The notes below the pieces were generated by a model, which worked only from the letters and a program-made list of their open reading frames with translations, was not told where the DNA came from and made no database searches. The translations under genes were made by a program, and so were the position numbers. DNA of 64,000 nucleotides from an uncultured Bacilli bacterium (lineage in GTDB: Bacteria; Bacillota_I; Bacilli_A; RF39; UBA660), in assembly GCA_947632395.1 (NCBI GenBank), contig CANRPA010000003.1:257-64256 (forward strand), written 5' to 3'. Each line of letters starts with the position of its first letter. Within the stretch, counting starts at the first letter, position 1. Of this stretch, positions 55,832 through 64,000 are shown in pieces.

Positions 55832-58525
55832 ATGGAGTCTAATAAAGAATTTTGTTATTATTTCATAAAAAACTTAAAACAATTTATTTTAATTATAATT
55901 TTGCTATTAACAACTATTATATTTAATATGAATGGTGTAAGGGCAGAGGAAGAATGTAATTCAGATGATCCTTTATGTTTAAAAGGTGATGGTGTTGGTG
56001 AATTTACAGGATGTGATGGTAAAAATTGCATTCAAAGAATGGGATTTTTTATATATCAAATTTGTAAACCTGGAAATGAAGTAAGTGTAAGTGATCCAAC
56101 TGTCGTTACTAACTCATGGACATATAATGGAAAGAAATATGCTATAGGTGGTATGAACTTTAATGAATTAAAAAACTTTCTAAATGAAGATTCTCCTATT
56201 TTTTTTAGTATATATGCTAGAATTTTAAATGATAATAATGGAACCAACTTAAATGGAACCGACTTATTAAATAATTTAATTGATAATAATTGTGTATTAA
56301 AGGTAGTACCAAGAATGGCTGCATATCAATCAGGTCAGAATTTTGTTAAAAATCCAATTTCTGATGATGAACGCGAAAAAATATTTACTAGTTTAAGAGA
56401 AGACTATTATACAGCTCCTGGAATTTTTGAAGAAGTTAATGATAATTGTAAAGATGGTAACCCTTGCATAAAAAGAGTCAAAGTAGGAAGCCTCCAGGAT
56501 GCATTAACTTATGTTACCGATAATTTTGTTTATTATTGGGCACCAAAAAGTGTAGTTCAAGCTTTAAATTATGTAATTATTAAAGGTGAAGAAATTGAAG
56601 GTCAGCCTTTAGGTGTGTGTGGATACACATCCAATACGACAGATAAAGAAGTATATTTTAGAGATACACTTAAATATACCTATACATATAATGAATCGGA
56701 ATATAATTTCATTAACGGTATTAATTATAACTCATCAATATTAAAACCTCACATAGAAGATGGTAAAGCATTTTGTTTTAGTGATGATGATGATGATAAA
56801 CCTGGATATAATGATTATTATTATGGATTAATAATACCAAGTAATTATTCTCATAAATTAACTATAAAAAAAGTGAAGAATGATACATTTGGATTGCTAC
56901 AAGATAATAATAACCAAAATTTAATTACGAGTGATTCTACAGAATTTAAAATATATCAAGGATCTAATTGTACAGGTACTTTATACAAAACTGTTACAAC
57001 ATCAGGAGGGAGAGTTATAGTTGACCTACCTGTAGGAACATATTCTGTAAAAGAGACAAGATCACCAGGGGGATATAATGAAAACAATGAATTAAATAAT
57101 TCAACTAGTTGTGTAATAACAAGTGTATATGTAGATAGAGATATTACAAAAACAGTAGGTAATGTTCCAGGATGTAAAGCAAAATTAGATGAAATTATAT
57201 CTAATGGAAAAGATATTGCAAGTTTAATTTCACTTTATCAAAAGTATCCAGGTTATAATGGATTGTTGAATTTTGATAGTCCTTCTTGTGATGTTGTTAA
57301 TTGTGCATATTCAAATAATAGAGCATGTTTAAGTGGATCATATGGTGACTCAGCTCCACTATTTAATTCTAGAAATTTGTCATGTTTTAATGAAACATTT
57401 GAATTTGATGGTACTACTGTATTTTGTTTAAATACATTTAATTTAGAGAATAAAGTAGGAGGCTCTTCTTTTGGGAAAGTAACAGCTGGTCAAATCGCAC
57501 TTCAAAAAATTAAATATAGTGATGCAATTGCAGCGACAGGAACTGTAACTAAAAAATGTTTTGCACTTAATAAGTCATATTTAAATATAGATGACAAGTA
57601 TTCAGATTATGTTGAAAGTGTATCACTAGATAATAAAAAATTACAAACAAAAGATGAAAATGGGCAAGAACAAAAAGATAATAATTTGACAGGAGGATTT
57701 ATTAGTTCTTCAAATTTGTTTGAATATTCAGCAAGTGTAAATTATTATTTAAATCCAGTGTACGCTAAGATAGGAACTGGAAAACCAACTGAAAGTAATT
57801 CTAATAATGCAACTAAATTGGGATATGGTGTTTTATTGCCATTTGATGTTAATGATTATAAAGAAAGAACTTATTATATACCTTTTTCAATAAAGTTTAA
57901 ATATGATTTTTTTAATAATCTTTACGATAGTTTAACATATGCTACTAATCAATGTGAAGTTCAAACAAAACCAGAAGTAGTAAAAAAAGAATTGCAATTA
58001 GAATTTAGAATAATAGATACAAATAATCCATTTCCAGGTGTATCTGGGGATAATGATAGATTAGTTGGATCAAACTGGAGAAGTGTTAGTTTAGATATTA
58101 ATGGTAATGGTAATTTAAGTGATGATTTAGGTGCGTTACAAGATAAAATTAGAACAGGATTTACAAGTGTAGAAGATTTTAAATATGATATAAATAAAGA
58201 TGGAAAATTAGATGATAAAGATTTAGATTATTACAATTGGTTAAAAGATAATGCAAGTAATAATTTAGCTTCACCAAACAGTTATAGTTCAAATCCTTAT
58301 ATAACTTATATAATGGAAAATACAAATAATAGTTATGATAAAGACGGAAAAGGTCCAAAGTATACAATTACATTAACACCTGATAATATCAAAAAAATAA
58401 GAGAATATAATGTGACACATAAATATGATGATTTTACTTTAAACTGTACAAATGGTGATAATTGTAAAATGGATGAATTTTCAAGTTATTTAAATCAAAT
58501 TGGAGTAACTATTAAAACTAATTAA
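55832..58525 (+). CDS. Large secreted/cell-surface protein with a SpaA/Cna-B-like fold segment and a dockerin-like double EF-hand module
   Basis: 897 aa with a signal peptide ending VRA/EEE and a Cys-rich N-terminal region. The segment at about 56855-57085 (TEFKIYQGSNCTG..VDLPVGTYSVKETRSPGGYNEN) resembles prealbumin-fold SpaA/Cna-B domains. Segment 58094-58255 carries DINGNGNLSDDL and DINKDGKLDDKDL calcium-loop repeats. Confidence 0.75.
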   Translation: MESNKEFCYYFIKNLKQFILIIILLLTTIIFNMNGVRAEEECNSDDPLCLKGDGVGEFTGCDGKNCIQRMGFFIYQICKPGNEVSVSDPTVVTNSWTYNGKKYAIGGMNFNELKNFLNEDSPIFFSIYARILNDNNGTNLNGTDLLNNLIDNNCVLKVVPRMAAYQSGQNFVKNPISDDEREKIFTSLREDYYTAPGIFEEVNDNCKDGNPCIKRVKVGSLQDALTYVTDNFVYYWAPKSVVQALNYVIIKGEEIEGQPLGVCGYTSNTTDKEVYFRDTLKYTYTYNESEYNFINGINYNSSILKPHIEDGKAFCFSDDDDDKPGYNDYYYGLIIPSNYSHKLTIKKVKNDTFGLLQDNNNQNLITSDSTEFKIYQGSNCTGTLYKTVTTSGGRVIVDLPVGTYSVKETRSPGGYNENNELNNSTSCVITSVYVDRDITKTVGNVPGCKAKLDEIISNGKDIASLISLYQKYPGYNGLLNFDSPSCDVVNCAYSNNRACLSGSYGDSAPLFNSRNLSCFNETFEFDGTTVFCLNTFNLENKVGGSSFGKVTAGQIALQKIKYSDAIAATGTVTKKCFALNKSYLNIDDKYSDYVESVSLDNKKLQTKDENGQEQKDNNLTGGFISSSNLFEYSASVNYYLNPVYAKIGTGKPTESNSNNATKLGYGVLLPFDVNDYKERTYYIPFSIKFKYDFFNNLYDSLTYATNQCEVQTKPEVVKKELQLEFRIIDTNNPFPGVSGDNDRLVGSNWRSVSLDINGNGNLSDDLGALQDKIRTGFTSVEDFKYDINKDGKLDDKDLDYYNWLKDNASNNLASPNSYSSNPYITYIMENTNNSYDKDGKGPKYTITLTPDNIKKIREYNVTHKYDDFTLNCTNGDNCKMDEFSSYLNQIGVTIKTN

Positions 58526-58584
58526 AATATATATTAAGATAGATTTTTCTATCTTTTTTTAGTATAATTAGTTAGGTGATTCTG

Positions 58585-59538
58585 ATGAGAAAGAATGTTG
58601 TAGTTCTAGGTGGAGGAACAGGAATGTCTAATCTACTTAGTGGTCTCAAACAATATCCAATAGATATAACAGCAATAGTAACAGTATGTGATGATGGTAA
58701 AAGTACAGGAATTTTAAGAGAAGAGTTTAATATACCTGCTGTTGGAGATATAAGAAGAGTATTAGTATCTTTATCTGAAACAGAGCCTCTTGTTATGGAT
58801 TTATTTAATTATAGATTTAATACTACAAGTGATTTAGATGGTCATACTGTAGGGAATTTACTTTTAACTGCTGCAAGTGAAATTAGAGGTAATCTATCTG
58901 ATGGAATAGAAGCCCTTAGTAAAGTATTGAATTTAAAGGGAAAGGTAGTACCTTTAACTGAAGATAATGTAACTCTTATGGCTGATATGGAAGATGGAAG
59001 TGTAGTAGAAGGAGAACATAATATTACTTTAAAAAAGGGTAAGATAAAAAAAGTATATTATAAAGAAAAAGCTGTAGCTACCGCTTCAGCACTCAAAGCA
59101 ATAAGAGAAGCAGATTTAATTTTACTTAGTATGGGGAGTTTATTTACTAGTGTAATACCTAATTTACTTATTGATGAAATAGTTAAAGAAATAGAAAAAA
59201 GTAAAGCAAAAATTATGTATGTATGTAATATAATGACTCAGCCAGGAGAAACAGATAATTTTACTGTAACGGATCATATAAATAAATTAAATGAATATTT
59301 GGGTAATAGAAATGTTGATATTGTATTAGTTAATACAGGTAAAATTGATGAAAAAATGATTAAATTTTATGAAACAGCTGAACAAAAAGATCCTGTTAGA
59401 TGTGATGAAGAAAATTTTGCTAAGTATGGATTTAAAGTTATAGAGGATGATTTTATATATATAAATAAAAATAATTTACTTAGACATGATAATATAAAAC
59501 TAGGTTTCCATATATTCTATTATTTAATGAAGGGGTAA
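58585..59538 (+). CDS. yvcK: YvcK/CofD-like gluconeogenesis-morphogenesis factor
   Basis: VVVLGGGTGMSNLLSGLK N-terminus and yvcK-whiA pairing. I prefer ATG 58585 over the track start at GTG 58576. Confidence 0.9.
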   Translation: MRKNVVVLGGGTGMSNLLSGLKQYPIDITAIVTVCDDGKSTGILREEFNIPAVGDIRRVLVSLSETEPLVMDLFNYRFNTTSDLDGHTVGNLLLTAASEIRGNLSDGIEALSKVLNLKGKVVPLTEDNVTLMADMEDGSVVEGEHNITLKKGKIKKVYYKEKAVATASALKAIREADLILLSMGSLFTSVIPNLLIDEIVKEIEKSKAKIMYVCNIMTQPGETDNFTVTDHINKLNEYLGNRNVDIVLVNTGKIDEKMIKFYETAEQKDPVRCDEENFAKYGFKVIEDDFIYINKNNLLRHDNIKLGFHIFYYLMKG

Positions 59539-59540
59539 AT

Positions 59541-60461
59541 ATGTCTTTTACTAGTATAGTTAAAAATGAACTTAGTAAACTTCTATTAAGTAAAGTAGAG
59601 GCTATTACTGAATTATCATCTATATTAAAAAATAGTGCTTATATAGATAATAATATAATAAAAATTACTACGGAAAATTCTAGTGTTGCTAGACATATAT
59701 TTAATCTAATTAAAGAATTATATAATATAAGTTGTAAAATAACAGTAAGACATGGATATAATTATAAAAAGAATTATATATATATTTTGGAAATAAGTAA
59801 TAAAGTAGATGTTATAATAAATGATTTGAGTCTAAATACTGTTGTTCCAGAAAATTATATAATAGATGATGATAATTTACTTAGAATATATTTAAGAGGG
59901 TTATTTATTTCAAGTGGAAGTATTAATGATCCTAAAAAATCAAGATATCATTTGGAATTTATAGTAAGTATAGAAGAGTATGCTAATTTTATAAAGGATA
60001 AACTTAATTTATATGATTTAAATAGTAAGGTTATTAAGAGAGAAAATAAATTTATGATATATATAAAAGAAGCTGAAAAAATAGGAGATTTTCTTAGAAT
60101 GATAAATGCTATAAGTGCACTTCTTTATTTTGAAGATATTAGAATATATAGGGATCATAAAAATATGACAAATAGACTTAATAATTGTGAACAAGCAAAT
60201 ATAGATAAAGTAATTGGTACAGCACACCTACAAGTTAAAGATATAGAACTTATTGAGGAAACTAATGGACTTGATATACTTGATGATAAAACTAGACTTG
60301 CTGCAGATTATAGATTAAAGTATAAAGAGGCATCATTACTTGAACTTAGTGAAATAATAAGTATGGAAACTAATACACCTATAACAAAGTCAGGATTACA
60401 TCATAGATTTACTAAAATAAAAGATATAGCAAACAGAATAAGAAATAAAAATGATTTATAA
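59541..60461 (+). CDS. whiA: DNA-binding protein WhiA
   Basis: 306 aa with a degenerate LAGLIDADG-type core (LRGLFISSGSINDP) and a C-terminal HTH (SGLHHRF). Confidence 0.93.
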   Translation: MSFTSIVKNELSKLLLSKVEAITELSSILKNSAYIDNNIIKITTENSSVARHIFNLIKELYNISCKITVRHGYNYKKNYIYILEISNKVDVIINDLSLNTVVPENYIIDDDNLLRIYLRGLFISSGSINDPKKSRYHLEFIVSIEEYANFIKDKLNLYDLNSKVIKRENKFMIYIKEAEKIGDFLRMINAISALLYFEDIRIYRDHKNMTNRLNNCEQANIDKVIGTAHLQVKDIELIEETNGLDILDDKTRLAADYRLKYKEASLLELSEIISMETNTPITKSGLHHRFTKIKDIANRIRNKNDL

Positions 60462-60474
60462 AATTATGTAAAGT

Positions 60475-60502
60475 AAAGGAAAATATTTTAGTTTTCCTTT
60501 TT
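60475..60502 (+). terminator. Intrinsic terminator after whiA
   Basis: AAAGGAAAA-8 nt-TTTTCCTTT, followed by TT. Confidence 0.5.
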
Positions 60503-60541
60503 ATATAATTAAAATTAGTTTATAATAATAATGGTGATAAT

Positions 60542-61513
60542 ATGGATGATTTGTTTATTAAGTTAAATGAAATAATAAAAGAATATGATAATGTAATATT
60601 ATCAGGTCATAAAGAACCAGATTTAGATTCTTTAGGATCATGTCTTGGACTTTGTGAAATAATAGAGTCACTAGGTGTAAAACCATATTTATTTTTGGAT
60701 TATAAACATTTAGAGGATTATAATACAAATATAAATCAAGCATTTAATAAAATGAAAAAAAATATAATATGTGTAAATAACAGGACATATAAAAAAATAG
60801 TAGGTAAAACATTATTAATAGTAATAGATGTACATTCTAGTGAAAGACTAGAATATCCTAAATTAGTAGATGAATTTGATACAGTTGTTTTAGACCACCA
60901 TATTAAAAATTCAAATTATATTAAGAATACTAAATTATTTTATATAGATTCAAATCTTTCAAGTATGTCAGAATTAATAACATATTATGCTTCAAGTTTA
61001 AACTTATATTTAGATAATGTTATTGCAACAATTCTTCTTGCAGGAATAGAAATAGATACAAATGGATTTAATTTAAAAACTACTAGTGATACATATGGCG
61101 CTGCATCTATATTAATGTCTATGGGGGCAGATACAATTCTTAAACAAGAACTTTTAAAAGAAACTAAAGATGATTACTTAAAAAGAGCCAGTGTTATTAA
61201 AAATAGTTTTATGTTAAATGATGATATTGTAATGTGTATAATTTCTGGTTTAACAAAATCTTTAGAACTTGCTGAAGTAGCAGAAGAACTTTTAACTTTT
61301 GAAGATGTAAAAGCATCCTTTGTAATTGGTAAGATAGATAATAATTTAATAGGTATTAGTGCGAAATCTTTAGGAGATATAGATGTAAGTTTTGTAATGA
61401 AACAGATGGGTGGAGGCGGACATAGTTCAAATGCTGCTTGTCAAATAAAAGATAAATCAATTAAAGAAGTAAAACAAGAAATAATAAATTTAATAAAGAT
61501 TGAAAAAAATTAA
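60542..61513 (+). CDS. Stand-alone DHH/DHHA1 phosphoesterase (NrnA/GdpP catalytic-domain type)
   Basis: 323 aa with HKEPDLDSLGS, DHH (VLDHH), and DHHA1 GGGGHSSNAA. It lies directly upstream of rplI-dnaB, where Bacillus has gdpP (yybT). Confidence 0.85.
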   Translation: MDDLFIKLNEIIKEYDNVILSGHKEPDLDSLGSCLGLCEIIESLGVKPYLFLDYKHLEDYNTNINQAFNKMKKNIICVNNRTYKKIVGKTLLIVIDVHSSERLEYPKLVDEFDTVVLDHHIKNSNYIKNTKLFYIDSNLSSMSELITYYASSLNLYLDNVIATILLAGIEIDTNGFNLKTTSDTYGAASILMSMGADTILKQELLKETKDDYLKRASVIKNSFMLNDDIVMCIISGLTKSLELAEVAEELLTFEDVKASFVIGKIDNNLIGISAKSLGDIDVSFVMKQMGGGGHSSNAACQIKDKSIKEVKQEIINLIKIEKN

Positions 61514-61529
61514 TCAATCTTTTTTTTTA
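61496..61529 (+). terminator. Intrinsic terminator overlapping the DHH gene stop
   Basis: AAGATTGA-10 nt-TCAATCTT, followed by a T9 run. Confidence 0.5.
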
Positions 61530-61574
61530 TCTTTTTTTATAGTATAATATTATTAGTTCAAGGGAGGAATCAAC

Positions 61575-62012
61575 GTGAAAATAATTTTAATAAAAGATGT
61601 AAAAAAACAAGGCAAAAGTGGAGATATATTAGATGTAAAAGATGGATATGGAACTTTTTTAATAAATAATGGAAGTGCGATACTTGCAACACAAAGTAGT
61701 CGTAATAGATTAGATAAAGAAAATAAAGAAAAAGAAATTATGGAAAATTTACATATAAAGGAATGTGAAGAAATAAAGAAAAAATTGGAAAAATTAAAAA
61801 TATGTTTTAAAGTAAAAACAGGTGTTCAGGATAAGGTATTTGGTAGTATAAGTGCTAAACAAATAGTAGAAGAACTAAAAAATAAAGGATTTAATATAGA
61901 TAAAAAACAAATAAAAATAGATGGAGTAATATCTTCATTAGGATTTCATAATGTTGATATAGAACTTCATAAAAAAGTAATAGCTAGTTTGAAAATTGAA
62001 TTAATAAAGTAG
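61575..62012 (+). CDS. rplI: 50S ribosomal protein L9
   Basis: 145 aa with a GTG start behind SD GGGAGG, and MKIILIKDVKKQGKSGDILDVKDGY. Confidence 0.93.
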   Translation: MKIILIKDVKKQGKSGDILDVKDGYGTFLINNGSAILATQSSRNRLDKENKEKEIMENLHIKECEEIKKKLEKLKICFKVKTGVQDKVFGSISAKQIVEELKNKGFNIDKKQIKIDGVISSLGFHNVDIELHKKVIASLKIELIK

Positions 62013-62019
62013 GTGACGT

Positions 62020-63348
62020 ATGAACAAAGAAGTACCACATAATATTGATGCAGAACAATCAGTATTAGGGGCAATGTTTATAAGTAAAAATGCTTTAACA
62101 AAAGCACTTGAACTTTTAAATGGTAGTGAATTTTATTTAGATAAACATGCTAAAATATTTGAATGCATGAAAAATATTGATATAAGAAATAGTGTAGTAG
62201 ATCTTACTACAGTAGCAGAAGAATTAAATAAAAATGGATGGTTAAATGCTGTTGGAAATATTGAATATTTAACGGAGATTATAGAAAGTGTACCATCTGC
62301 TTCTAATATAGATGAATATATTAAAATAGTAGAAGATAAGGCAATATTAAGGCACCTTATAGATGAAGCAACAGCAATTATTAATGATAGTTATAAAAAT
62401 AGTAATGATATTGGTGAAGTAATAGATGAGGCTGAGAAAAAAATATTTGCAGTATCTAAAAGTCTTAGAAGTACTGAATTTAGACCAATACAGGAAGTTC
62501 TTTATAGTACTCAACAACATATAGAAGAATTATCAAAGATTAAAAGTACTGTTACTGGAATTCCATCTGGATTTTATGATTTAGATAAAATAACTGCTGG
62601 ATTTCATCCATGTGAACTTATAATAATAGCAGCCCGTCCAGGTGTTGGTAAAACTGCAGTAGCACTTAATATAGTAAATAATGTAGCAATCAATTGTAAA
62701 AAAACAGTTGCTTTATTTAATATGGAAATGAGTGGTGAACAACTTGCTATGCGTATGCTTTCAAATGTAGGAGGCATAGATGGTAATAAACTTAAAACAG
62801 GTAGATTAGAAGATTCAGACTGGAGAAGACTTAATGAGGCAATAAGTAAGTTATCTAATACAAAAATTTATATAGATGATAATGCTACAAATACTGTTGG
62901 TGAAATAAGAAGTAAGTGTAGAAAACTTGCAGCAGGTCCAAGTGGTCTTGATATAGTAGTAATCGATTATTTGACACTTATTCAAGGAAGTGGAAAACCA
63001 GGTGCGAATAGGCAACAAGAAGTAGCAGATATCTCAAGAACATTAAAAACAATGGCAATGGAGTTAAATGTTCCAGTAATCGCACTATCACAACTTTCAC
63101 GTGGTATTGAAAAAAGAGAAGATAAAAAACCATTACTTAGTGATCTTAGAGAATCGGGTGCAATTGAACAAGATGCAGATATAGTAGCTTTCTTGCACTG
63201 TTCAGATGAAGAAATGGAAAAACAAGATAGTTTAGTAGAATTTATAATAAGAAAACATCGTAATGGTGGTCTTGCAGAGATTCCTTTAATGTTTCATAGA
63301 GCAATAAGTAAATTTGATAATGTAGCAAATGTAAAAGAAGAAAAATAG
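62020..63348 (+). CDS. dnaB: Replicative DNA helicase (DnaB family; DnaC in Bacillus nomenclature)
   Basis: 442 aa with PHNIDAEQSVLGAM, Walker A ARPGVGKTA, and the RecA-like C-domain. Confidence 0.97.
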   Translation: MNKEVPHNIDAEQSVLGAMFISKNALTKALELLNGSEFYLDKHAKIFECMKNIDIRNSVVDLTTVAEELNKNGWLNAVGNIEYLTEIIESVPSASNIDEYIKIVEDKAILRHLIDEATAIINDSYKNSNDIGEVIDEAEKKIFAVSKSLRSTEFRPIQEVLYSTQQHIEELSKIKSTVTGIPSGFYDLDKITAGFHPCELIIIAARPGVGKTAVALNIVNNVAINCKKTVALFNMEMSGEQLAMRMLSNVGGIDGNKLKTGRLEDSDWRRLNEAISKLSNTKIYIDDNATNTVGEIRSKCRKLAAGPSGLDIVVIDYLTLIQGSGKPGANRQQEVADISRTLKTMAMELNVPVIALSQLSRGIEKREDKKPLLSDLRESGAIEQDADIVAFLHCSDEEMEKQDSLVEFIIRKHRNGGLAEIPLMFHRAISKFDNVANVKEEK

Positions 63349-63356
63349 GTGATGTG

Positions 63357-64000
63357 ATGAAAAAAGTAGGCAATATATTACTAGTATTAGTAATATCCGC
63401 AATAGTTTTCTTACTTGGATTTAGTAATAAAATAAGGAAACAACCATATACACTTTATAATGTATATTTAGATGGTGAATTACTTGGTACTATTGAATCT
63501 AAGTCAGAATTAGAAAATTATATAAACAGTCAAGCGGATACTATAAGGGAAAATGTATTAAAATATGAAGTAGAATTATCTGCAATTGATACATATACTA
63601 AGTATTCCACTTTATTTGATTTTTCTACATTTAATGAAAAACAAGTAATAGATTTTTTAAAGACATATAAATCTCAATATAATATTACTGATATAGATAT
63701 TGATAATATGGAAACATACTATGATAAAAAATTGTATAATTATAAACCATCAGAAATAAATGATATTAGAGAATATGTAAAGACTAATGATATATATAAA
63801 CATGTTAGTACTGTATATAATCCTAATGGAATAGAAATAAGAAAAATATATACATATAAAAAAGATTTTATGTCAGTACAAGAAATATATAAAAAAATAA
63901 TTGAAAAAAAATCTTTTACTATAGCAGGATATGCATTTACAATAAAAAGTATTGATGAAGAATTAGATGATATAGTAATTTATACACTAGATGAAAAAAT
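63357..64000 (+). CDS. Hypothetical N-terminally membrane-anchored protein, 3' end beyond the window
   Basis: ATG 63357 behind SD-like AGGTGA. Sequence begins MKKVGNILLVLVISAIVFLLGF... and stays open to the window end. I recognised no family with confidence. Confidence 0.5.
   Translation, partial: MKKVGNILLVLVISAIVFLLGFSNKIRKQPYTLYNVYLDGELLGTIESKSELENYINSQADTIRENVLKYEVELSAIDTYTKYSTLFDFSTFNEKQVIDFLKTYKSQYNITDIDIDNMETYYDKKLYNYKPSEINDIREYVKTNDIYKHVSTVYNPNGIEIRKIYTYKKDFMSVQEIYKKIIEKKSFTIAGYAFTIKSIDEELDDIVIYTLDEK

Overview
Very AT-rich (by eye about 25-30% G+C), standard-code, low-GC Bacillota-type chromosome segment centred on the replication origin. Left of about 8.6 kb every gene is on the minus strand (noc-like parB paralog, rsmG, mnmG, mnmE, jag, yidC, rnpA, rpmH, a UbiB/ABC1 kinase). 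DnaA-box clusters flank dnaA, giving a bipartite oriC. To the right nearly everything is on the plus strand in a compacted, reshuffled Bacillus-like order: dnaA-dnaN-(comK-like)-recF-gyrB-gyrA, tadA-dnaX-ybaB-recR-bofA-holB-yaaT-yabB-rsmI-pth-mfd, clpB (minus strand, CIRCE-controlled), spoVT, Met T-box-dut-like-metG, tatD, typA, ddl, soj-spo0J-mscS-DUF951, tilS-ftsH-yabE-like-rsmA, yvcK-whiA, DHH-rplI-dnaB. I saw no rRNA, tRNA, CRISPR or mobile element. The standout is the 794-bp non-coding gap between gyrA and tadA. It holds nine consensus parS palindromes (TGTTYCACGTGRAACA) arranged as tandem two-site modules of about 200 bp, plus a near-consensus Noc-binding site. This is a plasmid-centromere-like array about 8 kb from oriC, in a genome that encodes both a Noc-type and a Spo0J-type ParB. 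Other points worth a second look: a recurring half-NBS 12-mer (TTTTGGGAAATA) in the noc promoter, oriC and rsmI; a ComK homolog in the dnaN-recF slot; a Met-specifier T-box driving a motif-V-less dUTPase gene ahead of metG; a 989-aa prepilin-signal protein ending in an ALK-like glycine-rich domain; an 897-aa surface protein with a dockerin-like module; and an N-domain-less ClpB behind a CIRCE operator. All coordinates of non-ORF features were hand-indexed and could be off by 1-2 nt. All homology calls come from reading the translations and my memory of protein families, not from searches.
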